A stretch of DNA of 64,000 bases from contig OY781089.1 in NCBI GenBank assembly GCA_963676565.1, positions 2,848,001-2,912,000 on the forward strand. The letters run 5' to 3'. The notes beneath the pieces were generated by a model. The model was not told the origin of the DNA. It was given only the letters and a program-made list of their open reading frames with translations, and did not search any database. Shown piece after piece: positions 38,660 through 48,164 of this stretch. The translations under genes and the position numbers were made by a program. Source of the stretch: Halarcobacter sp. (GTDB lineage Bacteria; Campylobacterota; Campylobacteria; Campylobacterales; Arcobacteraceae). Numbering within the stretch: the first letter of the stretch is position 1; each line of letters opens with the position of its first letter.

Positions 38660-41600
38660 TTAACTTCACCTTTAGTCTTTCAATCTTTTCATCATATGTA
38701 TTCATTAAATAATCAACTTTCTCTATATCAAATGAATTTATATTTGTAATTAAATCTTGAGCATAATTTCTTAACAAATCAACTTTATTTTTTACAGCTA
38801 GTTCTAATATTTTATTAGCAAACTCTTCCACTAGAGTAAAGTCTCCACTTTCTTTTACAAAATTATACTCTTCTTTTAAGCTATTTTCTAAAATGTTAAT
38901 AACATCATTTAATTTTTCCAAATCATATTCTTCTTTTTCTTCTTCGACAATAATATTATCTTTAAATTTTTTATACTTTAGATGCTTCGTCATTTCAATT
39001 ATTAAATCTTCTAAAATGACAGGTTTTCTTAAATATCCATCAAAACCAAAATCTGTCACTTTTTCAAAATCTTTTCCCATAACTGAAGCAGTTAAAGCAA
39101 TTAATGGGATTTTTCTAAGTTTTTCATTTTCTTTTATTATTGTTGCCGCTTCATAACCATCCATAATTGGCATTCGTAAATCCATCAAAATCAAATCAAA
39201 ATTAACGTTTCTTAATCTATTTATAGCTTCTTCTCCATTTTCAGCTTCTATTATTTCTAAATCAAAATTCTTTAATGCTGCAATTACAAGTTGTCTATTT
39301 TCTTCCACATCATCAACAACTAAAATAGTAGCCTTTTCAAAAACAATTGATTTTATATCAATTTTACTCTCAACAGGTTCTTCATTTATTGAACTAACAT
39401 CTAAGTCATATAAAGTAACTTTAAAAGTGCTACCTTTTCCAACTTCACTTTCTACTTCTATTTTACCATTTAACATTTTCGCTAATTTTGCGCAAATTGA
39501 TAATCCTAAGCCTGTTCCACCATATTTTGCAGTATTTTGATTTTCTTGTTGTTCAAAGGCATTAAAAATCGATTTTAAATTCTTTTTGTTTATACCAATC
39601 CCTGTATCTTCAACTATAAATACTAAATCTACTTTACTCTTAATTTCATTTTTATAAAGAGATGTAGCTTTTAATTTTATTTGTCCTTTATCGGTAAATT
39701 TAATTGCATTACCAATTAAATTGAATAGTATTTGTCTAACTCTTACCCCATCTGTTATAATATATTTTGGTAATTTATCATCAATTTCCATAATAAAGTT
39801 AATATTTTTGCTTATAATCTTAGAATGAAAAATTGACTCCATTTCAATAAAAACACTTCTTGGATTTATAGACTCTTTTTTAATTTCCATTTTTCCAGCT
39901 TCTATTTTAGATAAATCTAAAATATCATTTATAATTCTAAGTAAAGAATCTCCACCTTTTTTTATCGAATTTAAATATTCTTTATGGACTGGATTATCTA
40001 TTTCTTTATCCAAAATCTCTGTAAAACCTAATACTGAATTCATTGGTGTCCTTATTTCATGACTCATATTTGCCAAAAATTCACTTTTTTGTTTTGCTAA
40101 ATTTTCTGCTTTTTCTTTAGCCTTTTGTAATTCTGTATTTAAATCTTCAACATGATTTTTTTCATCTTCAAGCTCTTTAGTTCTTGATAACACTTTATTT
40201 TCTAGATTTTTATTTAAATCTTTTAATTCAAAAGTTTTTTGATCTACTAAAATTTGCAATCTTCTATTATAAAAAGTAAAGAGTAATATAATACCAATCG
40301 TTCCAATGACAACATACCAAACAATTCTATAATCAACAATAGGTTCAAAGGCAATATCATTAAACTTACTTTTTATCTCTAAATGTTCCATCTCATTTAT
40401 TGAAGACATAAATTTAGATAATATTCCATAAAGTGCATCTTCACTTTTTTTTACAAAAAGAGTTAATGATAATTTTACATCTATTGAACCTACTATTCTT
40501 AAATCATGGAAGGCAAAAGACTTAATTGAATAACTCATCAGTGCAGCTGTACCTAACATTGCATCATATTTTTTTGAAACTAAATCAGTAAGTCCCTCTT
40601 TGATATTTTCTACTTCGTAAAACTTCAAATTTGGATATTTATCATAAATCTTTTGTACATAACCATAGCCTTTAAGAACTGCGATTTTTTTACCTTTTAA
40701 AGAATTTAAATCTTCAACAAAACTAGTATTATTATCCATTACAATAACAACTTGACTTTCAATATAAGGCTCTATTGGTTGATAATATTCATATAAAGCT
40801 GCATTTTTAATATCTTCTGAGATAATATCAATTGCATTATTTTTAGCTAAAGATAAAGTTTCAGACCATGAATCAGTTTTAATTCTATCTATTTTTAGAC
40901 CAATAGAGTCCTCAAATTTTTTTAGATATTCTGAAACAAATCCAATATATTCACCTTGCTCATTAAAACCTTCAAAAGGGAGCCAATTTGGATCTCCCGC
41001 AAAAGTTATTTTAGGAGAAGTAGAAAGCCATTTCAACTCATCTGAATTAAGATTTAAACTGTTTCTGTCATAAATTTTATAAACTTTATTTTGTAAGGCA
41101 TCTAATTTTTCTTGGGGAATTTTATTATGAGCTTTAATTAGAATTGATTGTAAAGTTTTATATTTTTTACTAAGTCCTATATATACTTCACCATATTTAT
41201 TATAAAAATTTTTCCCAATTTTCAAATTGTAGTTTTCTAATAATTTCTCATTTAAGCTATAAATTAAAATTGCATCTGCTTTAGAGTCTTTTTTTGCTAA
41301 AAGTTCATACATTTCTATATTTTTATCTAAAGTAATAGTTTTAATATTTAAATTTAGATTCTTTACTATTTCATTTGTAATAGCTTCTTTTTGTAAAAGA
41401 ACAGTCTTATTTTCTAAGTCATTTATAGATTTAATTTCATTATTTTCTTTTTTAACAACAATATACATTGGAGTATAAAAATAAGGCTTAGAAAAAAGAA
41501 ACTTATTATCTTCTCTTTCTTGACTCCAACTTAAATCAAGTATCCCATGTACCTTCTCACCTTTTATAGTAGCTTCAATTGCAGAAGACCACTTGTCAAA

Positions 41601-42125
41601 GTCAGTAAGTGAAATATTTAAACCTCCATATTGACTAAGAAGATTAATATAATCTATATGAACATTTTTACCTAAAATATCAGATGCCCAATAACTCATT
41701 TTAGCAATTTTTATCACAGGATTCTTTTTTAACCAAAGTAATTCTTCTTTTGTATAATCCAACGATTCATTGTATAAATCTAAAATTTTTTTATCATAAC
41801 AAATATCTATTCTACCTATTTCTTTATTTTCATATTCAATAACAGATGAATCAATTATATTTCCATTGGTGCAATTAAAATCTTTCTTCCCTTTAATTTT
41901 GTATTGCCAATAGATTTCATCATACTCTAAATCAGTAATTTGAACAGATAAAATATTCTCTTTTTGTTGTATATAAGGTATTACTAATTCATCAAAGGAA
42001 TCTTTATCAAGCTCAAAAAGTGGTTTTGAACTAATATTAGCTAAGGTTAAAGTATCATTGTAAATAGCAAAAAGTGGGATTAAAAATAAATTTAAAAGAA
42101 ACAATAGTTTTATTATAGTTTTCAT
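38652..42125 (-). CDS. Hybrid sensor kinase with two family-3 solute-binding domains (BvgS/EvgS-like)
   Basis: Two periplasmic binding-protein repeats; SHEIRTPMN; NAIKFT, DTGIG, GGTGLGL; C-terminal receiver MDLRMP. Confidence 0.92.
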   Translation of the reverse strand: MKTIIKLLFLLNLFLIPLFAIYNDTLTLANISSKPLFELDKDSFDELVIPYIQQKENILSVQITDLEYDEIYWQYKIKGKKDFNCTNGNIIDSSVIEYENKEIGRIDICYDKKILDLYNESLDYTKEELLWLKKNPVIKIAKMSYWASDILGKNVHIDYINLLSQYGGLNISLTDFDKWSSAIEATIKGEKVHGILDLSWSQEREDNKFLFSKPYFYTPMYIVVKKENNEIKSINDLENKTVLLQKEAITNEIVKNLNLNIKTITLDKNIEMYELLAKKDSKADAILIYSLNEKLLENYNLKIGKNFYNKYGEVYIGLSKKYKTLQSILIKAHNKIPQEKLDALQNKVYKIYDRNSLNLNSDELKWLSTSPKITFAGDPNWLPFEGFNEQGEYIGFVSEYLKKFEDSIGLKIDRIKTDSWSETLSLAKNNAIDIISEDIKNAALYEYYQPIEPYIESQVVIVMDNNTSFVEDLNSLKGKKIAVLKGYGYVQKIYDKYPNLKFYEVENIKEGLTDLVSKKYDAMLGTAALMSYSIKSFAFHDLRIVGSIDVKLSLTLFVKKSEDALYGILSKFMSSINEMEHLEIKSKFNDIAFEPIVDYRIVWYVVIGTIGIILLFTFYNRRLQILVDQKTFELKDLNKNLENKVLSRTKELEDEKNHVEDLNTELQKAKEKAENLAKQKSEFLANMSHEIRTPMNSVLGFTEILDKEIDNPVHKEYLNSIKKGGDSLLRIINDILDLSKIEAGKMEIKKESINPRSVFIEMESIFHSKIISKNINFIMEIDDKLPKYIITDGVRVRQILFNLIGNAIKFTDKGQIKLKATSLYKNEIKSKVDLVFIVEDTGIGINKKNLKSIFNAFEQQENQNTAKYGGTGLGLSICAKLAKMLNGKIEVESEVGKGSTFKVTLYDLDVSSINEEPVESKIDIKSIVFEKATILVVDDVEENRQLVIAALKNFDLEIIEAENGEEAINRLRNVNFDLILMDLRMPIMDGYEAATIIKENEKLRKIPLIALTASVMGKDFEKVTDFGFDGYLRKPVILEDLIIEMTKHLKYKKFKDNIIVEEEKEEYDLEKLNDVINILENSLKEEYNFVKESGDFTLVEEFANKILELAVKNKVDLLRNYAQDLITNINSFDIEKVDYLMNTYDEKIERLKVKLSV

Positions 42126-42967
42126 TTGAAATTCTCAATTAAATTTTTATAATTGTTCCAATAACTTGTACTATTTTCTTTTGGAACTAACCATTTAGAG
42201 AATGTTTTTTTATATTCATCTTGTTCTCTTAGTTTTATTATACTTTTATTTATATCTTCTATTACTTTTTTACCCCATGGAGATTTTGAACAAGCAATAG
42301 AACCAAGCACTCCCTTTTCGTAATTTTCTTCAAGTGGTAAAAAAATTAATTGATTATCTTTTTTATTTCTAGCATTGTAAAAACTAAGTGAACTATAATA
42401 ATCAATTGTATAATCAACCCTTTTTCTTTTTATCATTTCAAATATTGAATCTGTTATATTTTTTGAAGATTTCCTAATCTTGAAATTTGGTTTTTCTTTA
42501 TATTTATTTACTATTTCATCTAAAGGTAAACCATAACCTCTTCCCATTCCCTGAATAAAAATAAACTTTTCATTTGCCATTAAATCATCTAAAGAAATAG
42601 GAATTTGTGTAAAAAACTTTTTATTCTCTTTTCTTGTAATAATTCCTAGTGGTTCATAATAAAGATTAGGAATAGATGTTATGACATACTCTGGTGTTGT
42701 ATTATAAATCCAAGTGGAAAAACATACATTTTTTTTATGTTGGAAGTTTTTTATAACTCTTGAAAGGGCACTTTTTTTAATTTCATGATTATAATTACTC
42801 AAATCTTCAATAATCATCTTTTGGAATAAGTCCCCAAAGCCCATATTTTTAAACTCACCTTCACTTATATAAAAGGGAGGTGCATCATTAATAAGCCATG
42901 TTATTTTATCATTTTGATTTGAATATAAAAAGTTAATAAGTAAGATTAAGGAGAGAAGACTTTTCAA
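42122..42967 (-). CDS. Family-3 solute-binding-like periplasmic protein
   Basis: ITW..DAPPFYI..G...G.GD, GRGYG, RVDY and IACSKSPWG motifs. Confidence 0.75.
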   Translation of the reverse strand: MKSLLSLILLINFLYSNQNDKITWLINDAPPFYISEGEFKNMGFGDLFQKMIIEDLSNYNHEIKKSALSRVIKNFQHKKNVCFSTWIYNTTPEYVITSIPNLYYEPLGIITRKENKKFFTQIPISLDDLMANEKFIFIQGMGRGYGLPLDEIVNKYKEKPNFKIRKSSKNITDSIFEMIKRKRVDYTIDYYSSLSFYNARNKKDNQLIFLPLEENYEKGVLGSIACSKSPWGKKVIEDINKSIIKLREQDEYKKTFSKWLVPKENSTSYWNNYKNLIENFK

Positions 42968-43047
42968 AGAAACTCCTAATGTTAGATTGTCATTATTCTA
43001 GCACATAAACTTCAACAATATTCTTATACTTATAAATTATTTTATAA

Positions 43048-43647
43048 TTATATTTTAATTGAGTACAAAATAACCAAAAATAAAATAATTATAAAAAGTA
43101 TAATAAGTATTGAAATTGTTGTTTCCATCAAATCTCTTGCAAATTTATTATTAAATATGAGTTTAAGTGTATTAAAGGATCTATTTTTCTTAGATCCATT
43201 TCTTATAAGAACAATCCCAACATAATTTCTTATGGGAGTTTTATATTTTTTCATTCCAAAACACTTAACTAAAAAATAGTAAATATGTTTATTAATAAAA
43301 TTTTGTTTATGGACAAGGTAAAAAATATCATTTTTATCATATTTTGATTCTAAATAATCAATAAGCTCTTTTTTTATTATTACTTTTTTATTTGACTTTA
43401 AAATTAAAGGTGAAAATATAATAAAGGTATAATTTGAACTTTTAAAGTAAGACTCTAATATCTCAAGCATTTGCTTTTTTATATCTTTTAATTTTCTTTT
43501 TGTAAGCTCTTCATTTAAACTAATCATTGCAACTTCGAATAAATTAAACTCTTCTACATACAAATAGTATTTACTTTCTTTTCTTGATTTACATTGATAT
43601 ATAAATAATAACACTATAAAAAAAAGAGTAGTTGTGAAAAGCATCAA
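43048..43647 (-). CDS. Hypothetical membrane protein
   Basis: 199-aa ORF with hydrophobic termini; start uncertain. Confidence 0.5.
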   Translation of the reverse strand: MMLFTTTLFFIVLLFIYQCKSRKESKYYLYVEEFNLFEVAMISLNEELTKRKLKDIKKQMLEILESYFKSSNYTFIIFSPLILKSNKKVIIKKELIDYLESKYDKNDIFYLVHKQNFINKHIYYFLVKCFGMKKYKTPIRNYVGIVLIRNGSKKNRSFNTLKLIFNNKFARDLMETTISILIILFIIILFLVILYSIKI

Positions 43648-43757
43648 TTTAATATTCGCATTTTTTATGCAGGGGTATAGTATTCTTTATTTTCATAAAA
43701 TCATTCTAACTTAATAAAAATTAATCTTTATATTAATTAAAAAATCATAGAAATAAA

Positions 43758-43803
43758 AAAAGCCCTATAAGAAAGATGAAAACATCAAACTTATAGAGCT
43801 TTT
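43758..43803 (-). terminator. Terminator of the tRNA cluster
   Basis: AAAAGCCCTATAAG...CTTATAGAGCTTTT inverted repeat with a T-tract on the minus strand. Confidence 0.7.
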
Positions 43804-43805
43804 AG

Positions 43806-43882
43806 TGGAGCGGGAGACGAGACTCGAACTCGCGACAATCTGCTTGGAAGGCAGAGGCTCTAGCCAACTGAGCTACTCCCGC
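43806..43882 (-). tRNA. tRNA-Gly(TCC)
   Basis: Identical to the copy at 36460. Confidence 0.97.
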
Positions 43883-43945
43883 AACTTTTAATAAAAATGG
43901 TAAAAGAAATAAAAACCAAATAGTATTACCAACTCTATTTAGTAG

Positions 43946-44022
43946 TGGAGCGGGAGACGAGACTCGAACTCGCGACAATCTGCTTGGAAGGCAGAGGCTC
44001 TAGCCAACTGAGCTACTCCCGC
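43946..44022 (-). tRNA. tRNA-Gly(TCC)
   Basis: Identical to the other two copies. Confidence 0.97.
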
Positions 44023-44042
44023 AAAAATTTGAACATATAAAG

Positions 44043-44119
44043 TGGTGGGTCATGAAGGACTCGAACCTTCGACCACTCGGTTATGAGCCGAGTGCTCTAA
44101 CCAGCTGAGCTAATGACCC
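44043..44119 (-). tRNA. tRNA with CAT anticodon, probably tRNA-Ile2 (lysidine); elongator Met not excluded
   Basis: GGGTCATTAGCTCAG...CGGCT-CAT-AACCG...ACCCACCA; paired 1-72 and no initiator GGG/CCC anticodon stem. Confidence 0.9.
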
Positions 44120-44149
44120 ACATTGGTTTTATCACATTCAAATTTTAAA

Positions 44150-44172
44150 TGGCGGACAAGGAGGGATTCGAA
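44150..44172 (-). repeat. 3' fragment of tRNA-Ser; att direct repeat of an integrated element
   Basis: Minus strand reads TTCGAATCCCTCCTTGTCCGCCA (T-loop, acceptor 3' strand, G discriminator, CCA) with no 5' half upstream. Confidence 0.85.
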
Positions 44173-44276
44173 AACTCGTCTCATAAACAAGTTTCTTACA
44201 ACATCCCATAACTACAGTCACACCGATGTAGTTAATCAAAATTTCAAACTTAAAAAATGCCATAATAAAACATAAT

Positions 44277-44296
44277 TTGTCCGAAATTGTCCGAAA
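44277..44296. repeat. Tandem 10-bp direct repeat, probable integrase arm-type site
   Basis: TTGTCCGAAA-TTGTCCGAAA about 105 bp inside the att repeat. Confidence 0.6.
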
Positions 44297-44394
44297 ATAG
44301 TTTACAACCATTTAAGGAGCAGAATTATAAGCAAATTATTCTTAATAATAGCTAAATTAAACATATCATTTCAATTTAGCTTTATGTTTTATTT

Positions 44395-45216
44395 TTACTT
44401 ATATTTTTGTAAATAGCCATTTGTTAAATAAAAATTTGTATTCTTATTAATCTTAAAAGATATAGAGATTAGATTTTTTTTTGAATCATAATGAAAACTA
44501 CTTTCTTCAATCAATTTAAAAGTTTTTTTTCTCATTTCATTATAAAAGTTACATTTTACAATTCCTCCATTAGCTAAATCTTCAAATTCAACTTCATCTT
44601 TATTCAAGAATCTTGTTTCAATATGATGCATCTTTAAATATTGTATCTTGAATGGCTTATCATAAATTTCTTCTAAACATGATATTAATGCATCATAATA
44701 TTTTGGTTTAATTGAACTTGGAAGAAATTGCAAATTATTTGAAATTAATGCTTCATCATAATCATAATAAGACACTTCAAAAGATTTCAAGTCGTCCAAT
44801 AGACTATTTAAAAACATTCTTACTTCATGATTATTGATTTTAAATAGATCATCATATGGATATTCTTTCGTATGATCACCTGTGTATGAATAAATTATAT
44901 CTTCAAGTAAATGAAATTCATTTCCGCCAGAATAATCATGAAAGACTAATTCCAAATCACTAATTTTAGTACTATTTTTAACTAATGCGTTTGCTGCATT
45001 TCTAATAAATTCTGAATCTTTTGATTTCATTTTTGTTCTTTCAAGAACATGTTCAATTTTATAGTAGTTACAATATTCTTTATAATTATTAAAGCCTGCT
45101 TTTTTCACAAAATAATCTTTTGCCTTTTCAATACTTGAAAACATTTCATTATCATATGCAACTTTAGATAAGTTATTAATCTTCAAAACTTGTAAATGCA
45201 AACCATCTTTATACAT
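44395..45216 (-). CDS. Hypothetical protein
   Basis: 273-aa ORF with AAGGAG RBS and a TTGACA-17-TAAAAT promoter (45237-45265). Confidence 0.75.
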   Translation of the reverse strand: MYKDGLHLQVLKINNLSKVAYDNEMFSSIEKAKDYFVKKAGFNNYKEYCNYYKIEHVLERTKMKSKDSEFIRNAANALVKNSTKISDLELVFHDYSGGNEFHLLEDIIYSYTGDHTKEYPYDDLFKINNHEVRMFLNSLLDDLKSFEVSYYDYDEALISNNLQFLPSSIKPKYYDALISCLEEIYDKPFKIQYLKMHHIETRFLNKDEVEFEDLANGGIVKCNFYNEMRKKTFKLIEESSFHYDSKKNLISISFKINKNTNFYLTNGYLQKYK

Positions 45217-45791
45217 TTCAAAGCTCCTTTTTCTTTATTTTATAATAATGCAACATGTGTGTCAAAGACTTTTTTTAGAGCTTTTTAACAATATTTTATT
45301 AATTTAAATATAAGGACTAAACTGTTAATTTTTTATTTTATAAGACTATATACTAAAACTTTTTTTAACAATATTGTTGTGTCTTAAGAAATCTTAATTT
45401 TATATTAATTTAACTGTGATTTTTTATACTTAATTCAAAGAAAAAGCTAACATTTCTTAAATATAAATATTAGTTTTGAGAATAGAGACACCCTACTTTT
45501 AAAATTATTTGTCGATATTCTTTATTTATCTCTAAACACAAAATATATTTCTATATATACTCTTGTATATCTCAATTAAGAGAGTTGATCTGGTTACACT
45601 CAATATGAAAAAGTGTAGAGAGCATTAAATCAAAATAGATTACAATAATTTTATTGCTAATACCAATGTAAATATAATGAAAATAACCATGTAATCATAA
45701 TCAACTCTATTTACCACAATTAGGACAATCAAACTACTTTTAGATTTTTATTTTTTAGGATTTTATATTTAAAAAGAAGTAATTATAGGCT

Positions 45792-45900
45792 AAAAGCAAC
45801 ACCCTGATAGTGCTTCGGTACCCACTCGTACTCAACCGCTCATTAAAAGCTTTGGATCACTTTGACTTTTTAAAGTCAATACCAAGGTCGCGTCGCTTAT
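45792..45900 (-). ncRNA. Candidate structured small RNA (~110 nt)
   Basis: GC-enriched patch starting about 6 nt after TTGACT-17-TATAAT; 5' AAGCGACGC pairs with 3' GTGTTGCTT; internal TTGACTTT/AAAGTCAA hairpin; no ORF. Confidence 0.55.
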
Positions 45901-45905
45901 CTTTT

Positions 45906-45934
45906 ATTATATGTTTTTATACAAAAAAAGTCAA
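45906..45934 (-). promoter_or_regulatory. Sigma70 promoter TTGACT-17-TATAAT
   Basis: Read directly; spacer counted as 17 nt. Confidence 0.75.
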
Positions 45935-46106
45935 TATTCTAAATTAATGAATCTATATAATTTTTACAAATTTTGAAATTTATTTTCTTGAATTACAACA
46001 GTTTAAAACTTTCAATCTACTTATTATTATTTCAATAACCTACAACTAAGATATATCTATTAAATTTATAATAACTAATTAAGCCAATGAACCTATTTTA
46101 GGTCTC

Positions 46107-46135
46107 TTGACACAAAAAAGTTTTATTTTTATAAT
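46107..46135 (+). promoter_or_regulatory. Perfect consensus sigma70 promoter TTGACA-17-TATAAT
   Basis: Read directly; lies upstream of the 46217 ORF. Confidence 0.8.
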
Positions 46136-46216
46136 AACTTTAAACAAAAATAGAAAAGTGAATAAAATCTAAAAAACCTCTTATAACTAAATACAAATAA
46201 TTTAAAAAGGAACAAA

Positions 46217-46474
46217 ATGAAAAAATATTATATTAATGACAAGTTTGAGTTTTTTGATGAAAAAACTGAAAATCATGTGCTGTATGCTGAAGTTGAAGAG
46301 CTTAATGAGCAGATAACTATTACATTGGCAACGCTAAGTCACTGGTTCGAAGAAAAAATCATTGATGCAGCAAAGAAAAAATGGTCAGCAAAAGAAATTG
46401 AAATTAAATTTAGAGGTGACGTCTATATGGGTTACCATACATTTCGATATTTTAAACTTAAATTCTTCAAATAA
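46217..46474 (+). CDS. Hypothetical protein (85 aa)
   Basis: AAGGA RBS, consensus promoter and downstream hairpin. Confidence 0.7.
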   Translation: MKKYYINDKFEFFDEKTENHVLYAEVEELNEQITITLATLSHWFEEKIIDAAKKKWSAKEIEIKFRGDVYMGYHTFRYFKLKFFK

Positions 46475-46475
46475 T

Positions 46476-46494
46476 TAGCCCTTATTTAGGGCTA
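46476..46494. terminator. Hairpin between convergent genes
   Basis: TAGCCCT-TATTT-AGGGCTA. Confidence 0.6.
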
Positions 46495-46500
46495 CCCATT

Positions 46501-47328
46501 TTAAATTTCAAAACTTTTCATAACTACATTTTTACCATAATTACTTTCAAAAGGAAGTCCAAAAGGATTACATTTACAAAGACATTCACTATTTGGAAAC
46601 TGATACTCTATTGCTTCATGAAAATGACCAAATATCCAATGTTTTGCACCATCATACCTCAAACACCACCCATCAAATGTATAAAATGAAGCAATTACAC
46701 TTAAATATTTGTCAGGAATATATGATATTAATTTTGCTGGAGAGACATGCGTTATCATCACATCTGATTCTGCATATGCAATCCTTACTTTTTTTTCTTC
46801 CATACTATATATATCATCAAAATATTCTACTCCATAAATGTATTTTGCATCATCTGTCCTTGCTTTCCAAAAATCGTTCATTGTTTCATAATTAAATTTT
46901 TCCTTCAGATCATTGTAAGAGCCATCATACCAACTGTCAGCACCTCCAAACCTTATTCCATCAATTTCTACAGAATTACCATTTAGACAGTATAAGTTTT
47001 TTTCTTTATTAATCAACATTCTCATCTCTTCAACTCTTTTAAAAGAAGTTTTATACTTTTCAACCATCGAAGAATCTACTAAATGATAATCTACATTTCC
47101 AAGTACACATATAATATTTGAATAATAAGATTTTAAGAACTTTAAAAGTCTGAGATTTTGATTATTATTAATACCCAAATCACCAGCTATAACTAAAACA
47201 TCACCTACTCTTCTATTATCTTTCGTGATAATTGGATCAAACAATTCATCAAATTTTCTATCCTCTAATAACTCATTTTTATCAACATATTTATCTATAT
47301 GAAGATCACTCAAATAATCAATTTGCAT
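46501..47328 (-). CDS. Calcineurin-like metallophosphoesterase, paralogue 3 (GNVD variant)
   Basis: SDLH, AGDL, GNVD, THV and GHFH motifs. Confidence 0.88.
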   Translation of the reverse strand: MQIDYLSDLHIDKYVDKNELLEDRKFDELFDPIITKDNRRVGDVLVIAGDLGINNNQNLRLLKFLKSYYSNIICVLGNVDYHLVDSSMVEKYKTSFKRVEEMRMLINKEKNLYCLNGNSVEIDGIRFGGADSWYDGSYNDLKEKFNYETMNDFWKARTDDAKYIYGVEYFDDIYSMEEKKVRIAYAESDVMITHVSPAKLISYIPDKYLSVIASFYTFDGWCLRYDGAKHWIFGHFHEAIEYQFPNSECLCKCNPFGLPFESNYGKNVVMKSFEI

Positions 47329-48154
47329 AATTAAAACTCTTCATTTTTGTTAGCCTACCATTTGCAGATTCATAAGGGTATCCCATTGTATTTATTAAAC
47401 ATTTAGTATTGTATTTTTCAAAGCTATCAAGACCATGTGAATGGCCAAATATCCAATACTTTGCAGTTGTCTCTTTTAAATAATGATCTCCATCAAAACA
47501 ATAAAATGCATTCAATTCTCTATCCTCATATCTTGATGATAAATGCTGTTGCTTAATTAAAGGATTTACATGAGTTACTAATACATCACACTTTTGATAT
47601 ATATTTTCAAGCTTTTTCTTTTCAATTTTAAAAATTTCATAAATACTCTCAACACCAACAATTTGGCGGGCATCATTCATACTACTTTTCCATTTATTGT
47701 TTATTTGCTCTTTTGTAGCATATTGTTTCGAATGATAATGATTGAGATACGATCCATCATACCAAGAATCGCATCCAGCAAATTTTACATCATCTATTTC
47801 AATTATATTTCCATTTAAACAATATAATCCTTCTTCGACATTTATTAAGTCACGCATTTCGCTCACTCTTTCGAAAGAATTTTTATACTTTGTTCTTGCA
47901 TATTTACCAAAAAGATAATAGTCATGATTGCCAAGCACAACCATAATATTTTTATAGTAATTTTTTCGTAAATATTTTAAAAATTCAATTGATTGATTAT
48001 TATAATGCCCTAAGTCCCCAGCAATCACCAAAACATCACCTATTTTTCTATCTTTTGCAATAATTTGATTAAATATTCTTATTATGTCATCTACACTTTC
48101 ATTATAATCTATATACATATCTATATGTAAATCCGAAATATAGTCTACTTTCAT
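47318..48154 (-). CDS. Calcineurin-like metallophosphoesterase, paralogue 2
   Basis: SDLH, AGDL, GNHD, THV and GHSH motifs. Confidence 0.92.
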   Translation of the reverse strand: MKVDYISDLHIDMYIDYNESVDDIIRIFNQIIAKDRKIGDVLVIAGDLGHYNNQSIEFLKYLRKNYYKNIMVVLGNHDYYLFGKYARTKYKNSFERVSEMRDLINVEEGLYCLNGNIIEIDDVKFAGCDSWYDGSYLNHYHSKQYATKEQINNKWKSSMNDARQIVGVESIYEIFKIEKKKLENIYQKCDVLVTHVNPLIKQQHLSSRYEDRELNAFYCFDGDHYLKETTAKYWIFGHSHGLDSFEKYNTKCLINTMGYPYESANGRLTKMKSFNYAN

Positions 48155-48164
48155 TATTTCCCTT

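Noticed and set aside
36460..43882. Segment between identical tRNA-Gly copies as a possible islet
   Set aside because: Both copies are full length, the left one has its own promoter, and there is no integrase or mobility gene between them.
45243..45265. CAACATGTGTGTC as a fifth WYL-type box
   Set aside because: The GACA is part of a canonical TTGACA -35 with 17-nt spacing and does not match the 25-nt geometry.
45530..45622. Imperfect nested inverted repeats (ACTCTT...AAGAGAGT; CTCTAAACAC/GTGTAGAGAG)
   Set aside because: Too short and imperfect to distinguish from background without folding statistics.
45640..45690. 16-aa hydrophobic ORF MVIFIIFTLVLAIKLL downstream of the ncRNA candidate (type I toxin?)
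   Set aside because: No convincing RBS, same strand as the RNA with no visible complementarity, and such ORFs arise by chance in AT-rich DNA.
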